62,595 bases of DNA from a virus. Taxonomy: Duplodnaviria > Caudoviricetes. Below are positions 31,587 to 41,647 of this stretch, in pieces. Position numbers and translations under genes: made by a program. The notes below the pieces were generated by a model. That model worked only from the letters and a program-made list of their open reading frames with translations, was not told the origin of the DNA and did not search any database. The stretch spans positions 1 through 62,595 of the IMG/VR virus record IMGVR_UViG_3300027823_000007; one strand, given 5' to 3'. Position 1 is the first letter of the stretch; every line of letters starts with the position of its first letter.

Positions 31587-32039
31587 TTAGGAATTGATTA
31601 TCAACTTTCCGTAAGTAGTCCGGAAATCATCGATCAATGAAGTGTCAGAAAGTTGATGAGGAATACTCTTGAGCATTTCATGTCCGCTAAAGGTTTCCCC
31701 ATCAAAATTGAAAACTGGGATATTGCGACAATCGGCAAAAGCTATTTCTTCATTTGTTGAGTCCCCTTTGTACATAGTATGGTCGGAAACTACCACTATC
31801 GCGTCAGACTGCAATATTTTATGATAATGTAGCTGCTTTACTTGGGCATAATCCCGACCTTCATTGTCTCTGTCTTTATGGTAACTATGACCCCAACTGC
31901 CACACATTAAAACTATCCAGTTCTTAAAAGTTAGCAGCCTGTTACATTCCATAGACTCCTTAAAGAATTTTGTAGACCCGCATAAAGTAATAATGCCGGA
32001 ACCTTCTTGGATGAATTTGTTTGCTGATACTATATTCAT
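31587..32039 (-). CDS. Nucleoside deoxyribosyltransferase/DUF4406-like protein
   Basis: IITLCGSTKF, KILQSDAIVVV, GDSTNEEIAFA. Confidence 0.6.
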   Translation of the reverse strand: MNIVSANKFIQEGSGIITLCGSTKFFKESMECNRLLTFKNWIVLMCGSWGHSYHKDRDNEGRDYAQVKQLHYHKILQSDAIVVVSDHTMYKGDSTNEEIAFADCRNIPVFNFDGETFSGHEMLKSIPHQLSDTSLIDDFRTTYGKLIINS

Positions 32040-32187
32040 TTGTGTCCTAACCTGCTTGTTGCTTGCTACTACATTATACCATAGTATTATTAAAAACCCG
32101 CAAACTTTTTAAAAGAATTTGCGGGTTTGTTATTGGGCACGATCGACTGTGGATAATGTTATCCACGGTTAATCCCAGTATTGGGAA

Positions 32188-32424
32188 TTACAGCAAATCA
32201 TCTAAATCATCTAAAAAATCCGGATCAATGTCATAATCGCTAGCACTCACAACTGCGATCGATACCCCATTACCAGACGACGATCGCGGGGATGAATTGG
32301 GCTTCGCACCCCCATTTGTGATTGTACCCGCGATCGTATGAGCAACAATCCCATCGGCATTTTCGACCCCAATTTTTGCGTTAGATTGATCGACTGTGAC
32401 GTTTCTCTTATTCCAGAATCCCAT
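32188..32424 (-). CDS. Small hypothetical protein
   Basis: ORF with GAGG RBS, bounded by dispersed palindromes. Confidence 0.5.
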   Translation of the reverse strand: MGFWNKRNVTVDQSNAKIGVENADGIVAHTIAGTITNGGAKPNSSPRSSSGNGVSIAVVSASDYDIDPDFLDDLDDLL

Positions 32425-32504
32425 TGTAGTTTCCTCTGCTTTTGTTGTCTGTTTGCTTAAAGATTAATCCCAGTATTGGGAATTGATGACTTGCGCGTTT
32501 GTGG

Positions 32505-32801
32505 CTAGGCTTTCCGACTTTGCGGTTGCCTGCGATCGCAGCGGAATTGATATCGGCAAGGGCGATCGGTTGTAGCGGTTGTTGTAGGGGGATAGACATA
32601 AACCGTCTCATTAGCTGGGATTGTACGCTTAACCGTGTTATTCCATTGGTTAGTATCCCATGTGATATACACTTCTGATGGTATTGCCTCATCGCCTACT
32701 GAGTGAACCCTGCGAACTAGCGCATCCCCTCTGTTGTCACCTATTAAAATGCGATCGCCCGGTTCGACTTGATGACCTTTCTTTTTTATTAAATCAAGCA
32801 T
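32505..32801 (-). CDS. Small KOW/SH3-like hypothetical protein
   Basis: VEPGDRI...ITWD, similar to 16164-16427. Confidence 0.5.
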   Translation of the reverse strand: MLDLIKKKGHQVEPGDRILIGDNRGDALVRRVHSVGDEAIPSEVYITWDTNQWNNTVKRTIPANETVYVYPPTTTATTDRPCRYQFRCDRRQPQSRKA

Positions 32802-32856
32802 AGTGTTTATGGCTCCATTGAGTATCTGCTTCTTTCCTGTGTCTTGTGCTTTGTGT

Positions 32857-33219
32857 CTAGGCTTTGTGTCTAGGTTTGCCGACTTTGCGTTTGCCTGCGA
32901 TCGCAGCGTACACTGTGACTCCGATCGCCATTACCCGAATGCCAAAATTCATAAATGGTCTGCGAGTTTTGATATCAGTCCACAACCATTGACCTATAAA
33001 ACCTTTATGCACCCAGTCGTGGGCATTGCGACTAAGGGGTACACAATCTCGGAGATATTTCTCGCTCTCCAGATGTCTATACGTCAAGTGATGGGCATCG
33101 GTAGACGCTAGCCAAGGCAATAAAACACAGCGACCTCCTGTCATTGTTCTAAAATGAGAGGCTTTTTTTCGCCATTGGGGCGATCGGATATAAAATGAAT
33201 ACTTAGGGCTAAATCCCAT
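32857..33219 (-). CDS. HNH endonuclease-like protein
   Basis: YIRSPQW, DAHHLTY, CVPLSRNAHDWVH. Confidence 0.7.
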   Translation of the reverse strand: MGFSPKYSFYIRSPQWRKKASHFRTMTGGRCVLLPWLASTDAHHLTYRHLESEKYLRDCVPLSRNAHDWVHKGFIGQWLWTDIKTRRPFMNFGIRVMAIGVTVYAAIAGKRKVGKPRHKA

Positions 33220-33230
33220 TTCAGATACCT

Positions 33231-33737
33231 CTATTTTGTTGTTTTGAGCATAGCCTGAGCTTTTTTGGCTGCGGGTGATCGCTTGATTGTTGTCTTTATT
33301 ACTGAACTCGGAGGTATCAACAATCTAGGATCGACATCCGATATGGGTTCCCAGTTTGGGGTAATTGTGATGACAGAGACCGGGTGTGACAAATCAAAAT
33401 ATTTTGATCCGATTTGATTGACTTTTCTGATATTGTCACCGGACAAAATACCAGCTTGCACCATTGCATCTAGCCACGATCCCTCAGAATTGTCGAGATC
33501 GGCATTACTTCTCAGGCAGCCGTGAAATTCGATCTCTATTTTTACCGCAGTCAATGGGAAATGTCGGGTTATCATTGCAGGCATAACCCCGATCACGGCA
33601 ATTAAAGCTTGCTTTGCTGTTTTTTGCCATGTTGCATAACCCTCTGAGTAATAGGCTTTGCCGTCTGCAATTCGTGGTCGTTGTTTGGGTATGACTTTAC
33701 CCCTAAGCGCGAAAACTATCGGGCGTGAGTTTGTCAT
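33231..33737 (-). CDS. rusA: RusA-family Holliday junction resolvase
   Basis: PKQRPR, ADLDN...LDAM...GILSGDN. Confidence 0.85.
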   Translation of the reverse strand: MTNSRPIVFALRGKVIPKQRPRIADGKAYYSEGYATWQKTAKQALIAVIGVMPAMITRHFPLTAVKIEIEFHGCLRSNADLDNSEGSWLDAMVQAGILSGDNIRKVNQIGSKYFDLSHPVSVITITPNWEPISDVDPRLLIPPSSVIKTTIKRSPAAKKAQAMLKTTK

Positions 33738-33762
33738 ATTTTAAAGAGAGCGATCGTAATTC

Positions 33763-33960
33763 GTGAAAACAACGATCGCGGGAAGGAGTTTAGCAAGTGG
33801 TTTAGCTTGGAGAGGTGGCGATCGCCCCTATGTCTTTGCTCGGTCATTCAATTGTATTTTTGATGTAGCAGCGCAAGGCTTAGCCTCTAGTTCCATCCCG
33901 ATTTACACTGCTATCTGGCAAGCCTTCGCTCCCGGTGGGAATACATTTACTATGCCATAA
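33763..33960 (+). CDS. Small ORF, possibly P2 gpX-like tail protein
   Basis: 65 aa ending PGGNTFTMP, upstream of the gpD-like gene; weak similarity. Confidence 0.3.
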   Translation: MKTTIAGRSLASGLAWRGGDRPYVFARSFNCIFDVAAQGLASSSIPIYTAIWQAFAPGGNTFTMP

Positions 33961-34414
33961 CATCCCAAGAGCTGTCAAGTGTTTTAGCAAAGTATTTTTA
34001 AAGTTGTTTTGATATTGGGACAAAAACGTTACTGTATATAGGTTTCAGCCTGTCACGGAACGGTATATATTATAAAAATAGCAGTATGTCCTGTGACTTT
34101 ATCCCCATTGTGTGACGGCGAGTGACGGCGGGTGACGGGCGACCTGATGTCGGGTCTACGGGAATCCCCGCAGACCTCAGACTTGCAGCCGATCGCCCGC
34201 GTTAGATCCCGTTACGGGAATCCCCGCAACGGTCACCCGCCGACCCGTTTTGATATCGGGGTAAAACCGTTACAGCGTATAGGTTTCAGTCTGTCATAGA
34301 ACGATATATATTATAAAAATAGCAGTATGTCCTGTGACTTTATCCCCATTGTGTGACGGGCGATCGGCGCGATATAATGAGGATTAATTATTCCCAACAC
34401 TGGGAGGTTAAAAT

Positions 34415-35353
34415 ATGACTAGCCTAATTAGGCTCAACTATCCCAGATTGATAACGGACATTGTAACTATCAGCTATAGCGATCCGCTAACAGGAGGATC
34501 GCCGGATATCGAGTTAAGCGTCGTTGACCGGGGCGTAATCCCGATCGCACCTAAAGCTACTATCGAGTTAGAGATAGGGCGTGTAGAGTCACCCTATAGG
34601 CTTAGAGCGGGTTTATTTGAAGTCGATCGGATCAGCCTGCAAAATAACCTGAGAACGATCGCAGCGACCGGGTTGCCTTTGTCAGATCCTCAGTTGAAGC
34701 TAAAACGGGATGCGGACTATTCAGAATATAGATTGATAGACATACTAGAAGAGATAGCAGAACGCTATAGGTTGTCAGTATTTACCATTGATTTACCTGA
34801 TATAGAATTTTCGCAGCTAGCACAGACCAACCAGTCAGACCTTGATTTTTTAAACGGGTTGGCAAATAGGATCGGCGCTGTTTTCAAGATAGAAAACAGA
34901 GAGTTAATTTTTACATTGCTTATAGACTTAGAAACCCGACCACCTTTATTCGCTATTAATTCAACACAATTTATAAATTATTCGGAGACAATTTTAGGTA
35001 CAGAGACTTATCAATATATTGATTATGAGGTGGTATTGTTTGGAGATAGGGAATATATTAGAGTTGAGGATACCCGCGTTTTTAATGGTAAAATAATCAC
35101 CTATAGAGGAGCGGGCGTTGGGGCGGATGACGAGAACTTAATGGTAATCGCAGCGCGCGAACAATTAAGGCGGATCAACGGGACTAACTATTTATTCGAC
35201 TTTGAAATTCTGGGAGACTGGAGAATGATAGCAGGCAGTGTTTTCACTTTAGACGGGCGATCAGCTTTTGTCGATCGCGTTATTCACACGATCAACACTC
35301 AGGATAAACTGGACTGGGTTGCGTCTCTTAGCTGTCGCTACTTGCCTCCTTAA
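34415..35353 (+). CDS. Baseplate hub / P2 gpD-like late control protein
   Basis: ISYSD, GLFEVDRI, QTNQSDLDFLNGLA, VDRVIHTI. Confidence 0.85.
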   Translation: MTSLIRLNYPRLITDIVTISYSDPLTGGSPDIELSVVDRGVIPIAPKATIELEIGRVESPYRLRAGLFEVDRISLQNNLRTIAATGLPLSDPQLKLKRDADYSEYRLIDILEEIAERYRLSVFTIDLPDIEFSQLAQTNQSDLDFLNGLANRIGAVFKIENRELIFTLLIDLETRPPLFAINSTQFINYSETILGTETYQYIDYEVVLFGDREYIRVEDTRVFNGKIITYRGAGVGADDENLMVIAAREQLRRINGTNYLFDFEILGDWRMIAGSVFTLDGRSAFVDRVIHTINTQDKLDWVASLSCRYLPP

Positions 35354-35609
35354 TATCAACCGGGCCCAAAAAAGCATCAACTAACTTTCGAGATTGACGC
35401 GGGTTAGCTCTGATATTCTCCAAGACTTGCAGAGCCATCCCAAACTTTCTAACAGCCTCAAAGACTTGCCTAAGACCTAAAGAAGTATTAACGGTTGTCT
35501 TGCCGTCTACTACCCGACGCCCCATCATTTCTGCCAACTCTAGATCACTTTTGCTAATAGTGCAGTTAACAGCAATTAGTCGGTCTTGTTCGTTTTTGAA
35601 TTTTCCCAT
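35328..35609 (-). CDS. Small putative DNA-binding protein
   Basis: Beta-strand then helix pattern (VNCTIS..DLELAE); own promoter TGGTATAGT. Confidence 0.45.
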   Translation of the reverse strand: MGKFKNEQDRLIAVNCTISKSDLELAEMMGRRVVDGKTTVNTSLGLRQVFEAVRKFGMALQVLENIRANPRQSRKLVDAFLGPVDIKEASSDS

Positions 35610-35648
35610 GATTTTAGATTAGTTGAGTTATTCTTACACTATACCACA

Positions 35649-35912
35649 ATGATGATGCAATTCGGGAAAATAAATCAGCCTGTTTCGGATTTCCAAGCTC
35701 AGCGCCAGATATTAACCCTTTGCTTGAATTCCCAACACTGGGAAATACCTTTTAACTGGGATTTTGGGCGCGATCGGGATGCTATCGATCCGGTAGAACA
35801 AATTACAGCTATGATTGAGAGATATCTACCATTTTTGATCGACAGTGTAGAAGTCGATGGCGATCGGGTTAGTGTTTATTTAAATGGCAAACAAATAGAT
35901 GTCACAATCTGA
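35649..35912 (+). CDS. Baseplate wedge gp25/gpW-like protein
   Basis: EIPFNWDFG, IERYLP..IDSVEV. Confidence 0.7.
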   Translation: MMMQFGKINQPVSDFQAQRQILTLCLNSQHWEIPFNWDFGRDRDAIDPVEQITAMIERYLPFLIDSVEVDGDRVSVYLNGKQIDVTI

Positions 35913-36597
35913 TTTAGACTTAGCTGCATTGCGAAACCGGATAGCCACAAGATGGCTGGAATTATCTGGACAGCCTTTAACGATCGGATCGTTAGAATGG
36001 GCTTATAGAGAGGTTTTAGTATTAATTGCATCATGGGCAAAAATTGACACAGAGAATGCAATTAATGTCGCATACGACAAGTATAAGACCGAGGTATATA
36101 AACTCCCCTATGGTGCAGGAAATAAAGAGGCAATTATAGCTTTATCACGGGCATATACTGATGTCGCGGATGTGAATGTTGCGAATACAAACACGCCAAT
36201 GAGTATACAGGTTTTTCTATTAGCAAAAACAGGCACACCCAGCGCGGGTCAAATTGCGGGACTAGAGGCTTATTTGAATAGTCCCATAGTTAAAAATATC
36301 TGTGATACTTACACCGTATTCGCAGCAACTCAGGTCACATGGAATTTTAACGCAACTATTACCGTGAGCGGTAATCCGATCGCGCTACAAGCTCTAGCCA
36401 CAACCGCTGTAAGCGACTATGCAGTGTCTAAACTGAAATTAGGTGCGACCATCCGTCCAAGCGATTTAACATCAGCTATTCGCTCGATCGCGGGTATTGA
36501 TGACGTGGCAATTTCAGCACCTATATCTAATTTAATTACAACCGCAAATCAATTCCCCAAAATAGGATCTGTCACGATCGTTACAACAATTATTTGA
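35899..36597 (+). CDS. Baseplate J-like protein
   Basis: AGNKEA, DVADVNV, VFLLAKTGTPS, ICDTYTV, LGATI. Confidence 0.85.
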   Translation: MSQSDLDLAALRNRIATRWLELSGQPLTIGSLEWAYREVLVLIASWAKIDTENAINVAYDKYKTEVYKLPYGAGNKEAIIALSRAYTDVADVNVANTNTPMSIQVFLLAKTGTPSAGQIAGLEAYLNSPIVKNICDTYTVFAATQVTWNFNATITVSGNPIALQALATTAVSDYAVSKLKLGATIRPSDLTSAIRSIAGIDDVAISAPISNLITTANQFPKIGSVTIVTTII

Positions 36598-36648
36598 GGA
36601 TTAATCCCAGTGTTGGGAATATTGACGGGCGATCGGCTCAGTCAAAAA

Positions 36649-38478
36649 ATGCTAAGCTTACAGCAGGGCAAAATAGGGATATCAAATATGGCATTAACGA
36701 TCGGACGTGAAGAAGTAGAATGTGAATCATTCAGAGTTAGGGGAAGTTATAGCAGCACGATCGCGCGTTTATTCGCATTGCCTGTAGCGGTTCAAAGTAC
36801 CGAGCCAATGACGCTAGAAGTAACAATTAAAGGCAACAAATTCAAACCAGTCAAAAAAGTTAGGCGGGTATATTGGCAAAAAAAATATGTAGGTTATTTT
36901 ACGATCGGGAACGTATCGCAAGAATGGGATGGCGATCGGTATCGGACACGGTTAGAGTTGAAACAATGCGAGCGATCGGACGTACCTCAAGACGAGATCC
37001 CGGTATACAAATGGCGGCACGATTTAATCGCTTTATCGCAGAATTTAGAGCAAACAGACGGCGCTATAATCGCAGCCGGAAGAAAGATAAACCCGATCGC
37101 AGAAAGCTGGAAAGTAGGCAATACTGAGATCGCTAGTGCAAGTGATAATAATATTTCCCCTGCCGTACTTCCTGTGAGTTTGGGCGGTACGGGTGCGAGT
37201 GATCCGGTAATAGCATTAATTAACTTAGGCGCGATTAGTTCTGCTAGTAAAGGCTTGCCGTTTGGTGTTGCACCCTTAGATGCTAATATCTTAGTCCCGA
37301 TCGCGAACCTACCAGCTTATCCTACACTAGCAAGTTTGGGCGCGGTTGCAACAGCGACTTATACAGCCGGACTAGCACTTAAATTAGATGCCAGCGCGCG
37401 AAACGCTGCTAACGGTGTTACACCCTTAGATGCTAATATCTTAGTCCCGATCGCGAACCTACCAGCTTATCCTACACTTGCAAGTTTGGGCGCGGTTGCA
37501 ACAGCGACTTATACAGCCGGACTAGCACTTAAATTAGATACCAGCGCGCGAAACGCTGCTAACGGTGTTACACCCTTAGATGCTAATATCTTAGTCCCGA
37601 TCGCGAACCTACCAGCTTATCCTACACTTGCAAGTTTGGGCGCGGTTGCAACAGCGACTTATACAGCCGGACTAGCACTTAAATTAGATACCAGCGCGCG
37701 AAACGCTGCTAACGGTGTTGCACCCTTAGATGCTAATATCTTAGTCCCGATCGCGAACTTGCCTTTAAATACTTTTCAAACTTTCACTGCTGGAGTAAGT
37801 TTTAAAGGCGGCGGATCGCCCGGACTCGCTACAAATACACAAGCTGGGATTGATGCTGGCGGGCTCCCTCGGTACTGGCTAGTTAATGCTTCAGCCGCCG
37901 TAAATAATCGAGTCAAAAGCATTACAGTAGCAGATAATGGGAATGTGCAGATCCGACATCACAACGATGACTTAAGCAATGGTAATGTATTAGAACATAC
38001 GGCATCTGGGAATGTTTTAACAAACGGCACAATGCGACCTGGTAGCGGTGCAACCGCATTTACGGGAGCGCAATTCGTGGCAGGATCAACTTACTTTAGG
38101 ACTGATATTGCGGGTGATGGCGGGGTTGGCTGTCTGACGTATAGTGATGGTGCTGCATGGCGGCGGGTTGGAGACGGATCGCTAATAACAGCAATAGATA
38201 TTAAGCAAACTGTACTCACAGGTACAACCGCAGCTACACAGGGCGGCTCTGTAAATATTGCACACGGTTTAACGGGATCAAAAATACTGGCATGGAGTTC
38301 AAAAATAACACAAAGCACAAATGCAGGGATCGAACCTAACTTTAACGTCTCTAATCTTACTGGTTTTGAATATACTGTGTATCACGACGGAACTAATATG
38401 ATAGTAACAAATCTTTCTGGGAATAGTAGTAATATACTATCTAAAACTGTGACGATTGTCTTATCTCATACTAGCTGA
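36649..38478 (+). CDS. Tail fibre-like protein with 50-aa repeats and a possibly gpU-like N-terminus
   Basis: LPVSLGGTGAS, GVAPLDAN repeats, YSDGAAWRRV; lies between baseplate J and I genes. Confidence 0.75.
   Translation: MLSLQQGKIGISNMALTIGREEVECESFRVRGSYSSTIARLFALPVAVQSTEPMTLEVTIKGNKFKPVKKVRRVYWQKKYVGYFTIGNVSQEWDGDRYRTRLELKQCERSDVPQDEIPVYKWRHDLIALSQNLEQTDGAIIAAGRKINPIAESWKVGNTEIASASDNNISPAVLPVSLGGTGASDPVIALINLGAISSASKGLPFGVAPLDANILVPIANLPAYPTLASLGAVATATYTAGLALKLDASARNAANGVTPLDANILVPIANLPAYPTLASLGAVATATYTAGLALKLDTSARNAANGVTPLDANILVPIANLPAYPTLASLGAVATATYTAGLALKLDTSARNAANGVAPLDANILVPIANLPLNTFQTFTAGVSFKGGGSPGLATNTQAGIDAGGLPRYWLVNASAAVNNRVKSITVADNGNVQIRHHNDDLSNGNVLEHTASGNVLTNGTMRPGSGATAFTGAQFVAGSTYFRTDIAGDGGVGCLTYSDGAAWRRVGDGSLITAIDIKQTVLTGTTAATQGGSVNIAHGLTGSKILAWSSKITQSTNAGIEPNFNVSNLTGFEYTVYHDGTNMIVTNLSGNSSNILSKTVTIVLSHTS
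37264..37758 (+). repeat. 150-bp near-perfect tandem repeat x3.3 inside the fibre gene
   Basis: GGTGTT(G/A)CACCCTTAGATGC recurs at 37264, 37414, 37564 and 37714. Confidence 0.95.
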
Positions 38479-38568
38479 TAATTGAAAGGCTCAGTTAAGA
38501 CTATTTTAAAAGAGAAGTTTGAGCCTAATAAGCTAATAATACGATCCCCCAATAAACTAACAGGAATA

Positions 38569-39060
38569 ATGCAAAAACAAGACGCGATAAACTTAATTCC
38601 CCCTGCTTATTCCGACGATCGGGCAAAATATTTTGCTGACATTGTTTGGACTGAAACCCAGACCGGATCGTTCGCTTGGCAACTGGAAGAGGACGAATAC
38701 CTAATACAATCTATTGCAGCTTTCACGCCATCGATCGCGCCGTTTGCAGCTAGATTATCAGCAGGCGATCGGCGTGTCTTATTGCGCGAATTACCAGGGC
38801 TTTTAAGATTAGCTGGTACAAATTACAGTGTCCTGAGAACTTTAGAATTATTCGGCTACACTGCCGAGTTAGTCGAAAATCCAAGTAGTGTCGCTGGCAC
38901 TTTTCATGTTAGAATAGTCCAGGCTTTTGACCTTGCTGAAGTGACGGCGATCGTCAACTACTTTAAACCTGTCGGGCGCGTCTCTACCAGTATTCAGAAC
39001 TTTGTAGCCATACTATTAGATGGCACTCGACTATTTGACGGATCGACTACCCTCAGCTAA
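38569..39060 (+). CDS. Baseplate/tail protein I-like
   Basis: RRVLL..L..L.R.AGT..SV.R.LE..GY; YFKPVG; LDGT..FDGS. Confidence 0.75.
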   Translation: MQKQDAINLIPPAYSDDRAKYFADIVWTETQTGSFAWQLEEDEYLIQSIAAFTPSIAPFAARLSAGDRRVLLRELPGLLRLAGTNYSVLRTLELFGYTAELVENPSSVAGTFHVRIVQAFDLAEVTAIVNYFKPVGRVSTSIQNFVAILLDGTRLFDGSTTLS

Positions 39061-39116
39061 TAAAAAACCTGTCATTTTACTGACAGGTTTCTATTGGTTA
39101 ATCCCAGTATTGGGAA

Positions 39117-39914
39117 TTACATCAAATCTCGAACAGTCTCAACCATCGACTCTACCCATTTTGTGTGTTGGTAGCTAGTATTGTCTTCCTTGCGTCCGGT
39201 GGCGATCGTGTTGGAAGAATACGGTTTTCCTTTCTCTGTGGGGAAATAGGCGGGTTCTGTTTTGCCTTTGTTAGGGTTCTTAATTTGATACCCGTGGTGA
39301 GTCAACAGCGCGTTAATTACCCGTCCTGAGAGTCCCAACCGATCGCCGATCGCTGTGGGAGTTAGCAGTATTTCTGCGATCGGGGTATTAGCTGCGAGTA
39401 GCGAGTGCGCGGCGTTAATTTGCTTTTTCAATTCTGGATGAAGTTTACCGATCTCGTTCAAAATGAAACCATCAACTAACGCCGGATCAAGACTGGTTAA
39501 AACGTGTCTTAAAGGGTTGATAGCTGCTACAGTAGCCTCTACCGATGAGCCTAACTTAGGTTGCTCGACTTGCGGTGCGATCGGCTGTTCGACTTCATAT
39601 TTCCCCGTCTTGCGGATACTGGGGATAACTTCTTTCGTTATCCAGCGTTTAAACGCTTGAGCTTGTGGCTTGCGAGATGTCAAAACCAGCGAGTACATCC
39701 CAGACTCTGAAATCGTTACTAGCTGTTGCTTTCCACCAAGGGTATCATCAGTAGTGACCCCCTTTTCGTCATCGTCTAACCGTGATATTGCTTGACTGCT
39801 ATTGTCTAATTCGAGAACTTTGCATACATCTTTAGCCACAAACCAGGGTTCGCCGTCGATCGTAACGATCCGGACTTGATTGCTCTCAAACTCAAACTTT
39901 GCTAGAATAGACAT
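39117..39914 (-). CDS. BRO-N antirepressor-like protein
   Basis: VRIVTIDGEPWFVAKDVC, LDDDEK, SESGMYSLVLTSRKPQAQAFKRWIT. Confidence 0.92.
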   Translation of the reverse strand: MSILAKFEFESNQVRIVTIDGEPWFVAKDVCKVLELDNSSQAISRLDDDEKGVTTDDTLGGKQQLVTISESGMYSLVLTSRKPQAQAFKRWITKEVIPSIRKTGKYEVEQPIAPQVEQPKLGSSVEATVAAINPLRHVLTSLDPALVDGFILNEIGKLHPELKKQINAAHSLLAANTPIAEILLTPTAIGDRLGLSGRVINALLTHHGYQIKNPNKGKTEPAYFPTEKGKPYSSNTIATGRKEDNTSYQHTKWVESMVETVRDLM

Positions 39915-40101
39915 AACTTACCTTGGTTGATTTATTCTTCAAATATATTATACCATAGGAAAACACAAAACCCGCAATCTTTTAAAAGAATTTGCGGGTT
40001 TTTTATTGGGCCCGATCGCCCGTTATGAGGATTCCCATAACGGGCGATCGGCAATTATCGTGATCCCGATAATTGGGCATTATTGGGATCACAATAATGC
40101 T

Positions 40102-40605
40102 TCAGTTTTCGTTACTAAGCACTAGATCCGCAAAATTGCGACAGCTTACTGCAAGGTTAGTCCTCTTAGCTTTATAGGGCGGATTTTCCAGAATTAATAA
40201 TATCTCGATCGCCCGATCGCCGTATTCGTAATCCTCAATGCACTGGTTAGCCAGCGCGATCGTCGCTGCTTTGAGAATATCAAAAATATCATTGTTAATT
40301 TCAGTTCCCGGCGGGTAGAATCGGCGGGGCTTGGTGTTAGGAATTAACCAGAATAACTTAACTCGATAAGCCAGCCTGGTTAACCCTTTGTCACCCTTTC
40401 GACACTGTTTAGATAGCTGTTTTAAAGCTTCATTGATCCGGGCTTTTTCGGTCGCTTCCTTCGCTTTTAGTAGAACAGATTTGCGCGCGATCGCAACCTC
40501 TACGCGTCTAGCCTGTTTATGCTCTTTCTGGCTGCGATTACCCGGTGCTTTTTTCGCAGCCTTTAGACCGGTCTTAGTAATACTTGGGCGCGTTTCTCTC
40601 TGCAT
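40102..40605 (-). CDS. Hypothetical basic protein
   Basis: ORF with GGAGA RBS before ATG 40605. Confidence 0.55.
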   Translation of the reverse strand: MQRETRPSITKTGLKAAKKAPGNRSQKEHKQARRVEVAIARKSVLLKAKEATEKARINEALKQLSKQCRKGDKGLTRLAYRVKLFWLIPNTKPRRFYPPGTEINNDIFDILKAATIALANQCIEDYEYGDRAIEILLILENPPYKAKRTNLAVSCRNFADLVLSNEN

Positions 40606-40630
40606 ATCTCCAAAATTCCCAACACTGGGA

Positions 40631-41647
40631 TTAAATATTTCTAACTCTGAATCCATATCCTACCATGTACACAGTTCTTATTCCGGTATTACCTGACAAG
40701 CCTCTAGCGGCTGTACTAATAGCAGTATTAACCGCCGGATGATAGGTTTCCAGTCTGAGGTAGGCTGTTTCGATCGCGGGTATAATTAGAGCATCTATAA
40801 TCAAATCTTGATTAAAATGCCTTAACGTGCTGGTGTTACTATCGGTAGCCATTTGAGTAGATAGCGACCTATCTATGCCCACGCCGTCAAGGGTGAACCG
40901 CGCGCGCATCGAATCGGTATTTGAGCCTAAAATAACTGCTTGCCAATAATGGGTAAATGGTTTCAAATTGAGACGATCGTTTAGTTCCTCAACTACATTC
41001 TGAGGGAATCCGATCGAGTTTTTAAAGCTACCGTAACCCGCGTTGGTTATATCTACAATATTCCAAGCACCCGCAGTTATAGACCCGCCGTTTGATGTAC
41101 TTATGTATTCTGTCGAGAAAGTTTGAAATTCGATAACAAAAGGCGCGCCACTGGGTGCAGAGTACCAAGTCCAAACACTAGACCCATTTAGTCCAAGAAT
41201 ACCAGGATTTGCTCGAATTGCTGATGCTATGCCATCCAAGTTAGTCCCCGATTTTACCATGCCATTATTAATAACGCCGTTAGCATTACTATCTGCCGTA
41301 GTCAACTTGCCTCTAGCAGTAACTACCGCTGCATTATTAGTATTTAATTGGGCAACAGAAGCAGCCGCGCTAGCTTGTAAAGTGTTAGCCGTGCTTACTT
41401 TGTTTCCGGCATCAGTAGCCATCAAATTAAACGATGTCTGTTGTGATGTAAAATTAGCTAGCGCCGCGTCTATCTCTGCCAATAGGGCGATCGCCGCATT
41501 AGCCAGAGTCACGGATTGAACGCGCAAAAACTCCCCACAGCTTGCGACTTTCTGATACCTACTATTAATCTCTGCTGATGACTGTTGAGTTGTATTTAAG
41601 AAGATGTTAGGGAATTCCCACTGGGAGACTGGAATATAATCGGCCAT
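40631..41647 (-). CDS. Putative fibre/receptor-binding protein, paralog 2
   Basis: Coiled-coil N-half and beta C-domain (GGSITAGAW); N-terminus MADY.PVSQWE resembles P2-type fibre starts. Confidence 0.55.
   Translation of the reverse strand: MADYIPVSQWEFPNIFLNTTQQSSAEINSRYQKVASCGEFLRVQSVTLANAAIALLAEIDAALANFTSQQTSFNLMATDAGNKVSTANTLQASAAASVAQLNTNNAAVVTARGKLTTADSNANGVINNGMVKSGTNLDGIASAIRANPGILGLNGSSVWTWYSAPSGAPFVIEFQTFSTEYISTSNGGSITAGAWNIVDITNAGYGSFKNSIGFPQNVVEELNDRLNLKPFTHYWQAVILGSNTDSMRARFTLDGVGIDRSLSTQMATDSNTSTLRHFNQDLIIDALIIPAIETAYLRLETYHPAVNTAISTAARGLSGNTGIRTVYMVGYGFRVRNI

Noticed and set aside
34154-34232. Possible mini-CRISPR (TACGGGAATCCCCGCA twice)
   Set aside because: Only two 16-bp copies with different palindromic flanks and no cas genes; better explained as KilA-type palindromes.
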